Of a DNA stretch of 45,761 bases, positions 8,947 through 17,415 are shown piece by piece (position 1 is the first letter of the stretch; each line of letters opens with the position of its first letter). This DNA comes from a virus (Duplodnaviria > Caudoviricetes). The stretch covers positions 1 to 45,761 of IMG/VR virus record IMGVR_UViG_3300043406_000043; one strand, written 5' to 3'. The position numbers and the translations under genes were made by a program. The notes under the pieces were generated by a model, which saw only the letters and a program-made list of their open reading frames with translations, was not told the origin of the DNA and searched no databases.

Positions 8947-10271
8947 TGGCAGGCCAGCGCGTCGTGGTTGTGGACGGCAAGCCACAGATCTTCCCAGAGG
9001 ATGCGACGGACGCAGAGATCAGCGCAGCCCTCAACGCCCCTCCGGTGCAGGCTCGAGGACCGAAGCCTGCCCGCACATGGACGGATGTCGCGGTGGATGC
9101 CCTCCCTGCGGCCGGAGGGTTACTTGGCGGTGTTGTGGGCGGCATCGGTGGCACGGCCTTCGGCTTAGGCATCGGCGGGGCACCTGGAGCGATTGGCGGG
9201 GCCACGCTTGGCGGTGGGGCTGGGGAAGCGTTCAAGCAGTTGATTAACCGGGCGCGCGGGGCCGATGCGCCTGCGACCTCACTCGATGCCGCCACCGAGA
9301 TCGGGAAGCGTGGAGGGATCGAGGGCGCGTCCGAAGCGGCGGGCCTCGGCGTGATGAAGGCCGGGAAGATGGCCGCGCACGGCCTGATGGACTTCGCCAT
9401 CCGTCCAGCGCCCACCGTGGCCGAAGAGTTCGGGGACATTGCAGGGACCGCGATCAAGGAACGGCTCCCCGTCGGCAGCATCTTCCCTGGTGGACGGACT
9501 GGCACAAGTCTCGCGCGTGAGGCGATGCGGGAATCGGCCGGGACGACGCGCGGGCTCCTGAAGGAAGCTGGAGACGCGGGCCTCCGCGTCAGTCCTGCGG
9601 ACATCGCCCGCGGGCCAGTGTCCAACATGGTTGGGGAGATTGCGAAGCAGCCCCTGCATGAGAGCGAACTGAATCAGGTGTCGCGGATGTTCGCGGAGTT
9701 CTTGGATTCCCACCCGTCCGACCTTCGTCCTGCCGCCGTGAAAGACCTGAAGCAGGCGGCACAGCGCATTGCGAAGCCGATCTTCAAGGCGCTGAACGCG
9801 GGCAACGTCCCGCCTGCCGGGGAAGCCCTCAAGGCGCAGTTCAACAAGGCCATTGCTGACGGGTCGAAGGAAGCCCTGGAAAGCCTGCCGGATATTGGCA
9901 AGGCGGTTGCGTCCTCAGAGGGTCGGACGCAGTCGTTGATTGGCGCGACAAAGGCGATCCGTAGGGCCGAGGTGCGCCGGATGCCACTCGTGGCGGAACT
10001 CGCGGCGCCACTCGTGGGGGCGTCTGTGGGTGGCGGTGTTGGAGGTCCGAAGGGGGCAGGGGAAGGGCTCGCGGCCTCGCTCCTGACGCGCGCCCTGTTG
10101 TCGCCTCGGACGACCTCTCGGGCTGCGCTCGGTCTTACCAACCCGCTGATTCAGCAGGCGTTACGGCAGATGCCGAGAGCGGCCGTCTACAGCCTCTTGC
10201 AGCAGATTACAGGAACAGATCCAGCAGGAGCAGACCCGTCGTCAGGAGCGCCAGCACAGACCCCCCCATGA
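8946..10271 (+). CDS. Internal virion (ejection) protein with glycine-zipper segments
   Basis: FPEDATDAEI N-terminus and GxxxG-rich hydrophobic stretches. Confidence 0.6.
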   Translation: MAGQRVVVVDGKPQIFPEDATDAEISAALNAPPVQARGPKPARTWTDVAVDALPAAGGLLGGVVGGIGGTAFGLGIGGAPGAIGGATLGGGAGEAFKQLINRARGADAPATSLDAATEIGKRGGIEGASEAAGLGVMKAGKMAAHGLMDFAIRPAPTVAEEFGDIAGTAIKERLPVGSIFPGGRTGTSLAREAMRESAGTTRGLLKEAGDAGLRVSPADIARGPVSNMVGEIAKQPLHESELNQVSRMFAEFLDSHPSDLRPAAVKDLKQAAQRIAKPIFKALNAGNVPPAGEALKAQFNKAIADGSKEALESLPDIGKAVASSEGRTQSLIGATKAIRRAEVRRMPLVAELAAPLVGASVGGGVGGPKGAGEGLAASLLTRALLSPRTTSRAALGLTNPLIQQALRQMPRAAVYSLLQQITGTDPAGADPSSGAPAQTPP

Positions 10272-10344
10272 CGGCGACGTATTCCAGTTCGCGCCAGATC
10301 GAGAGTCGGGGGCGATGGTGCCCAGCCCACATCGGGGCATTCAT
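10207..10344 (-). CDS. Small antisense membrane protein (45 aa)
   Basis: Hand translation MNAPMWAGHHRPRLSIWRELEYVAVMGGSVLALLTTGLLLLDLFL*; one clear TM helix. Confidence 0.4.
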   Translation of the reverse strand: MNAPMWAGHHRPRLSIWRELEYVAVMGGSVLALLTTGLLLLDLFL

Positions 10345-10367
10345 CGTAGCACGAAGGGCGGGACGCA

Positions 10368-10709
10368 TTGGCCGATTGGTTCAAGAAGCAGCTCTCCTTC
10401 CAGAACATCCTGATGGTGCTGACCCTCGTGGTGGTCATGCTCAGGAGTTCCACGACCTGGGTCTTGGATGTTACGGAATCCGGGGGGCGGCTCGCGGTAT
10501 CGGTCCAGCGACTCGTGGACCAGACCGATGCGTTGGCGAAACGGGTCGATGCGCTCGAACGTGACCGGATCGGGCTGGAATCCGTGATGTCGAACTCGTT
10601 CCCCCGCCGGTCTGAACTGGAACCCCGGCTGACGGCGATTGAGAACATGGGCAAGGAAAACAACATGATGCTGCGTCGGTTTCTCGAGACGTATCCGAGG
10701 AGTCGGTGA
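10368..10709 (+). CDS. Holin-like single-TM coiled-coil lysis protein
   Basis: N-terminal TM (ILMVLTLVVVML) plus coiled coil; overlaps the endolysin start. Confidence 0.5.
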   Translation: MADWFKKQLSFQNILMVLTLVVVMLRSSTTWVLDVTESGGRLAVSVQRLVDQTDALAKRVDALERDRIGLESVMSNSFPRRSELEPRLTAIENMGKENNMMLRRFLETYPRSR

Positions 10710-11119
10710 CCGAGAGGGACCGCAAACGGCTGGGCGCCTGCGACCAACGGCTCCTCGACAAGCTAGAGCGCGTGCTCGACGCGATGGCGGTGCAGTCCCA
10801 TCCCATGATGGTCACCAGTGGAGCGCGGACCACCGCCGAGCAGATCCTCCTCTGGAAACAGGGCCGGGAGACACCGGGGCCGATCGTGACGCAGATCAGC
10901 GGCATCGGGACCGACCGCAGCGAGCACCAGAAAGGCCGCGCCGCTGACGTGTGCTTCCTGACACCGGACGGGGCGCCGACGTGGGAAGGCCCGTGGTCCT
11001 TGTTTGGCGAGGTCGCGGAAGGCGAAGGCTTGGCCTGGGGTGGAAGGTGGCGGAAGTTCCCAGACAAGCCGCATGTGGAATTGAAACCCGATCTACCGAA
11101 AGGAGCCCTACGCGCGTGA
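10706..11119 (+). CDS. Endolysin, M15 family L-Ala-D-Glu peptidase
   Basis: RTTAEQ..LW.QGR..PG.IVT, SEHQKGRAAD and WGGRW..F.DKPHVEL zinc-peptidase motifs. Confidence 0.9.
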   Translation: MTERDRKRLGACDQRLLDKLERVLDAMAVQSHPMMVTSGARTTAEQILLWKQGRETPGPIVTQISGIGTDRSEHQKGRAADVCFLTPDGAPTWEGPWSLFGEVAEGEGLAWGGRWRKFPDKPHVELKPDLPKGALRA

Positions 11120-11292
11120 GAAGTGTCGGGTCTAGGTCGCCAGTGATTCCCCGGCTGGGGCGACTCCACGCAACGCTTGCGCGTTTCGCGCCATTGCAGG
11201 CGCTCGTCAGGCGTTTAAGTGCCGGGCTAGATGCTCCCATTGTCACCCCGACTGGGGAGCCCACGCACTGCGAATTGTAGCATGAGGAGCCG

Positions 11293-13275
11293 ATGAGATA
11301 CGGCGTCAACGCAGGATTCCGCGAACCGCTCCCCGCGGAGCATCTCGCCAAGATCAAAGGGCTCGGCCTGACGGTCTGCCGGACGGAAGTCGATCCCGAC
11401 CTGACGGCCGACCAGCGCACGGTCATCCTCGGGCAGTTTGCCGGCAGTGGCGTCGAGGTACTGCTCCTGCTCTGTGGCGGGGACCGGATTGCCGCGGTGT
11501 CCTCGGACGCACTCGCGGCCCTCGCGGTCGAATCCGTGAAGATGGCCGGCCAGTTAGGCGTGCAACTCGCGGGGGTCGAGGTCGGGAACGAGCCAGACAT
11601 CCACGGGATCGCGGCGTCGGCGTATCGCCCGAAGGCGTTGGCGGTCCATGCCGCGCTCCGACAGGCGGGCTATCGCGGGCCGATCTACGCCGGGGCGGTG
11701 GCGAACCTGGAGCGCCGGGGACTCGCCTACCTGACCGCGATGGACTGGGGCACCTTGCCTGCGGATCTGTCGCCGTCGGTGCATCGGTACGCGCCCAGCA
11801 ACGACCCGGCACGGAGCCATAGCACATCTCGGAAGGCCGAGTGGGACAGCGCCGTGGCCTCCTGTGCGGGGCGGATCCCCATCGTCACGGAGTGCGGGTA
11901 CCACACGGCGACTGAGCGAACGTGGTACGGCCGGCGGTACGGTCTGACGGACCAGCAAGCGGCCGATGCGGCGGCGCGTGACCTCCGAGAATACGAGGCG
12001 TGGGGCTGTCCGCTGGTGACGTACTTCCAGGTCATGGACGGCCCCCTGAATACCGGGGAACACCGGCACGGGCTGTTCGCCTATCCCGACTGGGCCGAGA
12101 AGCCCCAGGCGGTGGCAGTCAAGACCGTGGCGATTCAGGCGCAGCCAGTGATTCCGCCAAACCCGCCGCCAAGCCCTCCGCCGCCGCCACCGCCCCCGAC
12201 CCCACGGCTCCAGGTGGCGATTACCCCGTGGGCCGCCGCGGGCGTGATTGCCCATCCGCAGACGGTGACCTTGCAGCTCGAGAACGGGCTTCCGCCGATC
12301 CTGTGCGCGCCGATTCCCACGGGGCAGTGGATCTGCATCATGCCGCCCGAAGGGCAGTACGGGCACTACGGCATCGTGCGGGTCGATGAGTACTGGGAGC
12401 GGATGGAAATCGCCGCGAACATGAACGTGGTACTCCCGCAGTACCAGGCCCTGCCCAGACTGGAGGCCGATGGGGACCAACTCAAGGCGGGGGGCCAGCC
12501 GTTCGTGTGGGCGATGATGACCGGCTTCTGCGACTACCAGCGGTTCCTTGACGGGGAGGACATCACCCCGCAACTCCAGCAGGCCCGAGACCTCGGCGCG
12601 AACGGCCGGCGCGTCCTTGGGATGATGCACTACATCACGGCGTTTCGGCCTGACCGTTACGGGGACGCGTATTACCAGCGGTTGCCGGCGTTCGTGGACC
12701 TGCTCGCCACGCACGGCCAGCGGCTGCACTTTGATGTCTTCGCGGATGCCCAGATGGTGATGTCGGACCCATTGTCCCAGCGGGAACACTGGGCGAAGGT
12801 CTGCGACATCCTACGGCCGATGCCGTCGGTCGTGATCGGCCTCGGGAACGAGTATCAGAAGAACGGATTCGTGCCGGAGAAGTTTACATCCCCAGGAGTG
12901 ATCGCCTCACAGGGGTCCAGCGTGTCCGATACCGCCCCGCCGATGCCAGGGTGGGGCATCCGCATGTGGCACGGCCGACGGGACCAGAAGGTCTACTTGT
13001 CCGCAGACGATATGTGGTTCGTGGCGCGCGGGATTGACGAGACGGCGGGCCACTACGCCCCCATCGCACCAGCGGTGCATGACGAGCCAATCGGGTTCGC
13101 GGAAGCGGACGTGCCGGGGAAGCGGTCCACCGATCCGCGGCTCGCACAGTCCTTAATGCTCACCGGGCGGGCCTACGGGGCTGGGGCGACGTTCCATAGC
13201 GAAGACGGCATTTACTCGCGGCTGCTCGGGCCGACGCAGCAGGCGTGTGCCCGCGCGTTCTTCGACGCCCAATGA
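11293..13275 (+). CDS. Two-domain clan GH-A glycoside hydrolase with polyproline linker
   Basis: Domain 1 has EVGNEP (acid/base) and IVTECGY (nucleophile). A PPNPPPSPPPPPPPP linker follows. Domain 2 has GLGNEY...HDEPIG. SD gaggag. Confidence 0.7.
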   Translation: MRYGVNAGFREPLPAEHLAKIKGLGLTVCRTEVDPDLTADQRTVILGQFAGSGVEVLLLLCGGDRIAAVSSDALAALAVESVKMAGQLGVQLAGVEVGNEPDIHGIAASAYRPKALAVHAALRQAGYRGPIYAGAVANLERRGLAYLTAMDWGTLPADLSPSVHRYAPSNDPARSHSTSRKAEWDSAVASCAGRIPIVTECGYHTATERTWYGRRYGLTDQQAADAAARDLREYEAWGCPLVTYFQVMDGPLNTGEHRHGLFAYPDWAEKPQAVAVKTVAIQAQPVIPPNPPPSPPPPPPPPTPRLQVAITPWAAAGVIAHPQTVTLQLENGLPPILCAPIPTGQWICIMPPEGQYGHYGIVRVDEYWERMEIAANMNVVLPQYQALPRLEADGDQLKAGGQPFVWAMMTGFCDYQRFLDGEDITPQLQQARDLGANGRRVLGMMHYITAFRPDRYGDAYYQRLPAFVDLLATHGQRLHFDVFADAQMVMSDPLSQREHWAKVCDILRPMPSVVIGLGNEYQKNGFVPEKFTSPGVIASQGSSVSDTAPPMPGWGIRMWHGRRDQKVYLSADDMWFVARGIDETAGHYAPIAPAVHDEPIGFAEADVPGKRSTDPRLAQSLMLTGRAYGAGATFHSEDGIYSRLLGPTQQACARAFFDAQ

Positions 13276-13385
13276 CAGACGATCAGGTCGCCACGCTCGC
13301 CACCTCGCTGGCGATTGCGCTCTACTTCCTCGCCACGCTGGCGTGTCTGTCCTACGGGGCGTGGGTCTACATGGGAGGGCTATGA
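13272..13385 (+). CDS. Small membrane protein (37 aa)
   Basis: MTDDQVATLATSLAIALYFLATLACLSYGAWVYMGGL*; ATGA overlaps at both ends. Confidence 0.55.
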   Translation: MTDDQVATLATSLAIALYFLATLACLSYGAWVYMGGL

Positions 13386-14500
13386 GTTCGCCGCCGCTGT
13401 CGGATGACGTACTCAGGGAAACGCTGGCGTTAATCGAGAAACACGGTGGGGTCGCACAGGCGGCAGCGGTCCTCGGGATGCCCTACGGGACGTTCCAGGG
13501 GCGGGCGAGGAACGCACGGAACGCACAGAAGCACGGACGGCTCGGGCGCATCGACGTGGAGATGGTCGAGGATCGGCAGGCCATCCCAAAGGGGATGCCG
13601 TTTGAGCGGGAGTGGCGGATCTGGTTGAACGAGATCGGCTGCGCGAAGGACCGCTATGCGGGGCCGGCGAAGCCGAAGGCGCGTGCTGGGCGGCTCAAAA
13701 TACTCGTCGTGCCAGACCTACACGCGCCGTTTCATGACAAGACCGCCGTGGCCTCGATGCTCGCACGGGAACGGGACATCGATGTCTGCGTGCTCATGGG
13801 GGACATCGGGGACAGCTACAGCCTCTCACGGTTCCTGAAGTACGACCCGATCCCGTATGACGTGGAACTCGCCAGTGTCACCGCGCTCTTGCAGACGTTC
13901 TCGGAAGCGTATCCTATCGTGCGGATCATCGAGGGCAACCACGACGGCCCACGGCTCGAGAAGCAACTCCTCGACAAACTCTCGAAGGACATGGTCCTCG
14001 CCATTCGGGCCATGACCGGGGGCACGCTGGACCCGATGGAAGTGCTGTGCCGGCGGTTCGGGAACATTGAGCGGGTGAGCCCGTCCACGTCGAACGGCCA
14101 CGCGGCCAAGTGGATGACGCAGATCGGGGACGTGGTGTTCACCCATGCCGAGAAATTCTCGCGGGTGCCTGGGAGCGCCTTGCGGTCGATTGAAGACTGG
14201 ATGTCGGACTTTGACCAAGCCCTCGGGCTGAAGGACTGGAACGTCCTCATCCAAGCGCACACGCATCAACTCGGGTGGTTCCCCTTTCGGGCCAACAAGC
14301 TCCTGATCGAGTGCGGGTGCTTGTGTTCGCCGGCAGGCTATCAGTTCACGCCGAAGATTGGCGGGCGTCCGCAGCGGAACGGCTGGATCACCCTTGAGCA
14401 AGTAGACGGGAAGACCGACATCAACTCGATTCGTATTGTGTGGTTCGATACCGAGCGGCCAACCGAAACCGAGGTGGCACATGGAGACGCGCGCCGATGA
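13382..14500 (+). CDS. HTH-fused calcineurin-like metallophosphoesterase
   Basis: N-terminal HTH (GGVAQAAAVLGMPYGTF) followed by DLH, GD, GNHD, TH and AHTH metal-binding motifs. Confidence 0.85.
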   Translation: MSSPPLSDDVLRETLALIEKHGGVAQAAAVLGMPYGTFQGRARNARNAQKHGRLGRIDVEMVEDRQAIPKGMPFEREWRIWLNEIGCAKDRYAGPAKPKARAGRLKILVVPDLHAPFHDKTAVASMLARERDIDVCVLMGDIGDSYSLSRFLKYDPIPYDVELASVTALLQTFSEAYPIVRIIEGNHDGPRLEKQLLDKLSKDMVLAIRAMTGGTLDPMEVLCRRFGNIERVSPSTSNGHAAKWMTQIGDVVFTHAEKFSRVPGSALRSIEDWMSDFDQALGLKDWNVLIQAHTHQLGWFPFRANKLLIECGCLCSPAGYQFTPKIGGRPQRNGWITLEQVDGKTDINSIRIVWFDTERPTETEVAHGDARR

Positions 14501-14715
14501 AAGCACCCTCGACGGAGCCCACATCCACGATCCCGAACCCGACCCCTGGGACGACGGCGACCCGGCCGATGGGTTACGTGCGAGTGCCCGAGTTACCGGA
14601 CGTGCCCTGTCCCAGATGCTCCGCAGCAAATTACGACAGCGCCGTCAGCGTGTGGAGAGTCGCTGACGAACGCGGACTGCACAAAGAATGCGAAGGGTGC
14701 GGCCATTCATGGTAG
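14497..14715 (+). CDS. Zinc-ribbon protein
   Basis: CPRC...CEGC; ATGA overlap with the upstream stop. Confidence 0.5.
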   Translation: MKAPSTEPTSTIPNPTPGTTATRPMGYVRVPELPDVPCPRCSAANYDSAVSVWRVADERGLHKECEGCGHSW

Positions 14716-14852
14716 GTCGTCTCTTCCCGATTGCCGTGGCGGTCTGTGAGGCTGGGGCCGCGATGGTCTACTGGTGGCAGGGCGAGTGGCGACTCGCGGT
14801 GATTTGGACCGGCTACGCCGCGGCAGCGGTGGCCCTCGCATGGACCCATTAA
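14709..14852 (+). CDS. Small two-TM membrane protein (47 aa)
   Basis: MVGRLFPIAVAVCEAGAAMVYWWQGEWRLAVIWTGYAAAAVALAWTH*. Confidence 0.5.
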   Translation: MVGRLFPIAVAVCEAGAAMVYWWQGEWRLAVIWTGYAAAAVALAWTH

Positions 14853-15034
14853 GCAACACCGAGGACGCGAACCGGCGCGACCCGGTGACGTACTGGCGGC
14901 TCTGTCGGTTGTGGTGTGCGACGTGTCACAAGCGGCGCACCTGTATGGCGCGGATCGACGTGGCGGATCTGCGATGCGACTGTGGCGCCCTCTGCTACCC
15001 AGCCCACGAGGAAGAACCCCACGAGCGGCGATGA
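14840..15034 (+). CDS. Cys-rich zinc-finger protein
   Basis: CATC...CDCG motifs. Confidence 0.5.
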   Translation: MDPLSNTEDANRRDPVTYWRLCRLWCATCHKRRTCMARIDVADLRCDCGALCYPAHEEEPHERR

Positions 15035-15231
15035 CGGTGTTCGCGTGTACGCGCTGCTGGCGGATCACACACAAGGAAGACTTGGCGGTGTGTCCCAAGT
15101 GTCGGATGCCGACGCGCTGGAGGGCACTCGCCCTGCCGGATGATGTCCCGACGACGCCCTACGAGGTCACCATCAACGATGCCCGCTTTCTCGCCTCGCT
15201 GAAGATCGACGCCGAGTTGTCGAAGCTCTGA
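15031..15231 (+). CDS. Zinc-finger protein
   Basis: CTRC...CPKC; ATGA overlap. Confidence 0.55.
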   Translation: MTVFACTRCWRITHKEDLAVCPKCRMPTRWRALALPDDVPTTPYEVTINDARFLASLKIDAELSKL

Positions 15232-15308
15232 CCCTCGCGGTTACCCGTCGTCCTCGGTTGGGCCGACACGCCCCTGTCGGAAGGCGGGGGCGACGGGACC
15301 GCGGGGGG
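15232..15308 (+). terminator. Long GC-rich stem-loop at the convergence of late and repressor transcription
   Basis: Nested stems cctcgcggt/accgcgggg, cccgtcgtcctcg/cgggggcgacggg and ccgaca/tgtcgg; no U-tract. Confidence 0.5.
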
Positions 15309-15366
15309 AAGTTAGCGATGCTTCGCCAGGAAGGCCGCGCAGAAGCGGTGCAGCCAGTCGGCGAGG

Positions 15367-15954
15367 TCAGGGCGTCGTTGTGCGAGCCGATACCACTCGA
15401 TCGTCATGGATTCCGCCTGCTGCTGCCGTTCCAAGATCCACAGCGAGGCGGGTGAGATAGGCGCGGAGGACGATGAGTTCTCGCTCGGCTCCGGTTGAGA
15501 GTGGATGAGATTGAGATGCGACGGGGGCATGGGTGGCGCGGATTTTAGCAGGCTCAGCCGTAGCGTGTCGAGCGGGGCGCGGTTGCACGGTCTGCGAGCG
15601 AATCTGGACGCCGAGCGCGGCGGACTCGAGGAGCGCGAGAAAGTGATCCTGGTGCGCGTCAGGTAAGACCCTGAAGGCCGCGAGCAGCCGATGCTCGTCA
15701 GCGTCCATCTGCCCGGCCCGTGGCGCTCCCAGTAATTCCCCCACGGTCACGCGGAAGAACCCCGCGATATTCCACAAGTCCTCAAGGTCGATGCGTGGGT
15801 TCGCGCTGCGCTTCGAGAGCAGGTTCGACACCCACGACGCCGACTCCTTCCGGCAGTAGGTGGCGAGCGCCTTCTTCGGATCACGGCGAGTCTGTTTGGC
15901 CTCTCTCAGGAGGTCTTCCAGTTTGTGAATGAAGCGGTCGCGGACGGTGATCAC
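15367..15954 (-). CDS. CI-like XRE HTH repressor
   Basis: KALATYCRKESASWVSNLL...DLEDLWNIAGFFRVTVGELLG HTH, then DEHRLLAAFRVLP. Divergent from the cro-like gene. Start set at GTG 15954 from promoter geometry. Confidence 0.75.
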   Translation of the reverse strand: MITVRDRFIHKLEDLLREAKQTRRDPKKALATYCRKESASWVSNLLSKRSANPRIDLEDLWNIAGFFRVTVGELLGAPRAGQMDADEHRLLAAFRVLPDAHQDHFLALLESAALGVQIRSQTVQPRPARHATAEPAKIRATHAPVASQSHPLSTGAERELIVLRAYLTRLAVDLGTAAAGGIHDDRVVSARTTTP

Positions 15955-15961
15955 CGACACC

Positions 15962-15990
15962 GTTGTAGCACCTGTTTCACGGTTTGTTAA
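15962..15990 (-). promoter_or_regulatory. Leftward repressor promoter
   Basis: Minus strand TTAACA-17 nt-(TGc)TACAAC, 7 nt before GTG 15954. Confidence 0.55.
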
Positions 15991-16059
15991 GCCAATTCCT
16001 TGCGGGTCAAGCACTTGCGGTTCTGTGAGATTTATTTTCTCAATAGACATCGAAGGGGC

Positions 16060-16088
16060 TTGACAACACTTTCAGTTATGTGAATAAT
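16060..16088 (+). promoter_or_regulatory. Rightward early promoter (PR-like)
   Basis: TTGACA (16060-16065)-17 nt-AATAAT (16083-16088), 7 nt before ATG 16096; AT-rich island. Confidence 0.8.
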
Positions 16089-16095
16089 CCTACTC

Positions 16096-16326
16096 ATGCC
16101 ACGACGCGTTTACGCCAACCTTCGGGCCTACTTCGAGGACCACCGCCTACGGCAGACCGGCCTGCGGGCGATGGATGTCGCAGACGACCTCCACATCTCG
16201 CACGCCTACCTGTCGATGATCAAGTGGGGGCAGCGGGAGCCGGACCTGGCCTTGGCGCTGCGGATTGCCGCCAAGTGCAGCGTGCCGCTCGAGAGCCTGA
16301 TTCGGTCGAATCGGAAGGCGAGCTAG
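16096..16326 (+). CDS. Cro-like XRE HTH protein
   Basis: DVADDLHISHAYLSMIKWGQREPDLALALRIA HTH_3 pattern; 76 aa. Confidence 0.85.
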   Translation: MPRRVYANLRAYFEDHRLRQTGLRAMDVADDLHISHAYLSMIKWGQREPDLALALRIAAKCSVPLESLIRSNRKAS

Positions 16327-16559
16327 CCGTGACGTCCCGGTCGTTTGCCCAACCGATTGCGGCCGAGATGTTCACGGAGCGCGAAGTGGGACGCTTCGCC
16401 GGACTTTTGGGAGTTCCCGTAACGGCGAATCCCCTCGTGTCCGATAATGTATGTTGTGCTAAGTGTGAAGTTTCGCGTTTTCCTTGGTGTGAACAGGGCG
16501 ATCTAACGGGCCCATCCCAGGCGGCTTCCACTTCTTCTACTTCCGTGGTCGGCATTATG

Positions 16560-16742
16560 TCAACCACGGGCGACCAGCAAGGCTTCCAGCCTCGCCATTT
16601 CCTTCTTCAGGGCCAGCTTGGCCCGCTCGACGGCCTCGATCTGGCCGCGAATCAACTCATACAGGTCCTCGGGGGTGGGTCGGTAGGCGGGCGCATGGGG
16701 CGCCTGTCCGTGTGCGGGAGAAGGCTCAAAGGGTAAGTGCAT
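16560..16742 (-). CDS. Small antisense coiled-coil protein (60 aa)
   Basis: MHLPF...EDLYELIRGQIEAVERAKLALKKEMARLEALL; a TACCTT -10 lies 7 nt upstream. Confidence 0.45.
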   Translation of the reverse strand: MHLPFEPSPAHGQAPHAPAYRPTPEDLYELIRGQIEAVERAKLALKKEMARLEALLVARG

Positions 16743-17151
16743 GAGCGTCAAGGTAGCGGTTGCTGATCGGTCCATGGAAGTCAGGACTCTTGACAGCGTT
16801 CAACCACGCATGGCGCGGGCGATCCTGCCGGTCAACGACGGTCAATCGGATGGATGCCCGCTGACGCAGTTGGTGCGGGAAGGGCTGTTGCGGGCCTGCG
16901 GTTCCCTGAAGGCGGCGGCCATCACGATGCGGATCGACCAGGGGCAACTCTCGCGTGAACTGGTGTCGGGCGCGTTCAAGTTCGAGCGGCTGATGTCCCT
17001 GAGCCTGAGCGAGCAGGCGGTGGTCTTCGACTACCTCCAGCGGGAGATTGCGCCCCTCTCGACGCCAAAGGCACGGCTACGGGACTTGTTCAGGAAGCGG
17101 CGGGAACTCGACGACGAAGCGGAACAGATCATCGACGGACTGGTGAGCTAG
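16741..17151 (+). CDS. CII-like HTH regulatory protein
   Basis: SLKAAAITMRIDQGQLSREL HTH; lies downstream of cro. Confidence 0.55.
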   Translation: MSVKVAVADRSMEVRTLDSVQPRMARAILPVNDGQSDGCPLTQLVREGLLRACGSLKAAAITMRIDQGQLSRELVSGAFKFERLMSLSLSEQAVVFDYLQREIAPLSTPKARLRDLFRKRRELDDEAEQIIDGLVS

Positions 17152-17160
17152 GAGGACCGC

Positions 17161-17415
17161 ATGGACGCTCTGACTCCAGACCTGGACGCGGCGATTTTCC
17201 TCTCGTGTGCGGTGGTAATTGCCGGGATCGGCCTGTTGGCGATCGTGTTCTACCAGCAGGCCCCGGCCGGGACCGACGAGGACCGGAAGGCGCATTACCG
17301 GCATCCCGTAGAGGTCCATCGGTTCGTGGATGACATTGCGCGGGAGCGGCATGTGGGGACGTTCCACAGCAGCCACCACAAAGCGGACGTGTTGACGTTT
17401 AAGCGGGGGGCGTGA
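17161..17415 (+). CDS. Small membrane protein
   Basis: SD ggagga; N-terminal TM. Confidence 0.65.
   Translation: MDALTPDLDAAIFLSCAVVIAGIGLLAIVFYQQAPAGTDEDRKAHYRHPVEVHRFVDDIARERHVGTFHSSHHKADVLTFKRGA

Noticed and set aside
11120-11292. Intergenic hairpins after the endolysin as an ncRNA or packaging site
   Set aside because: Only short imperfect stems, not clearly above high-GC background.
15955-16050. N-terminal extension of the repressor ORF as given in the track
   Set aside because: It runs through the AT-rich divergent promoter region; promoter geometry favours GTG 15954.
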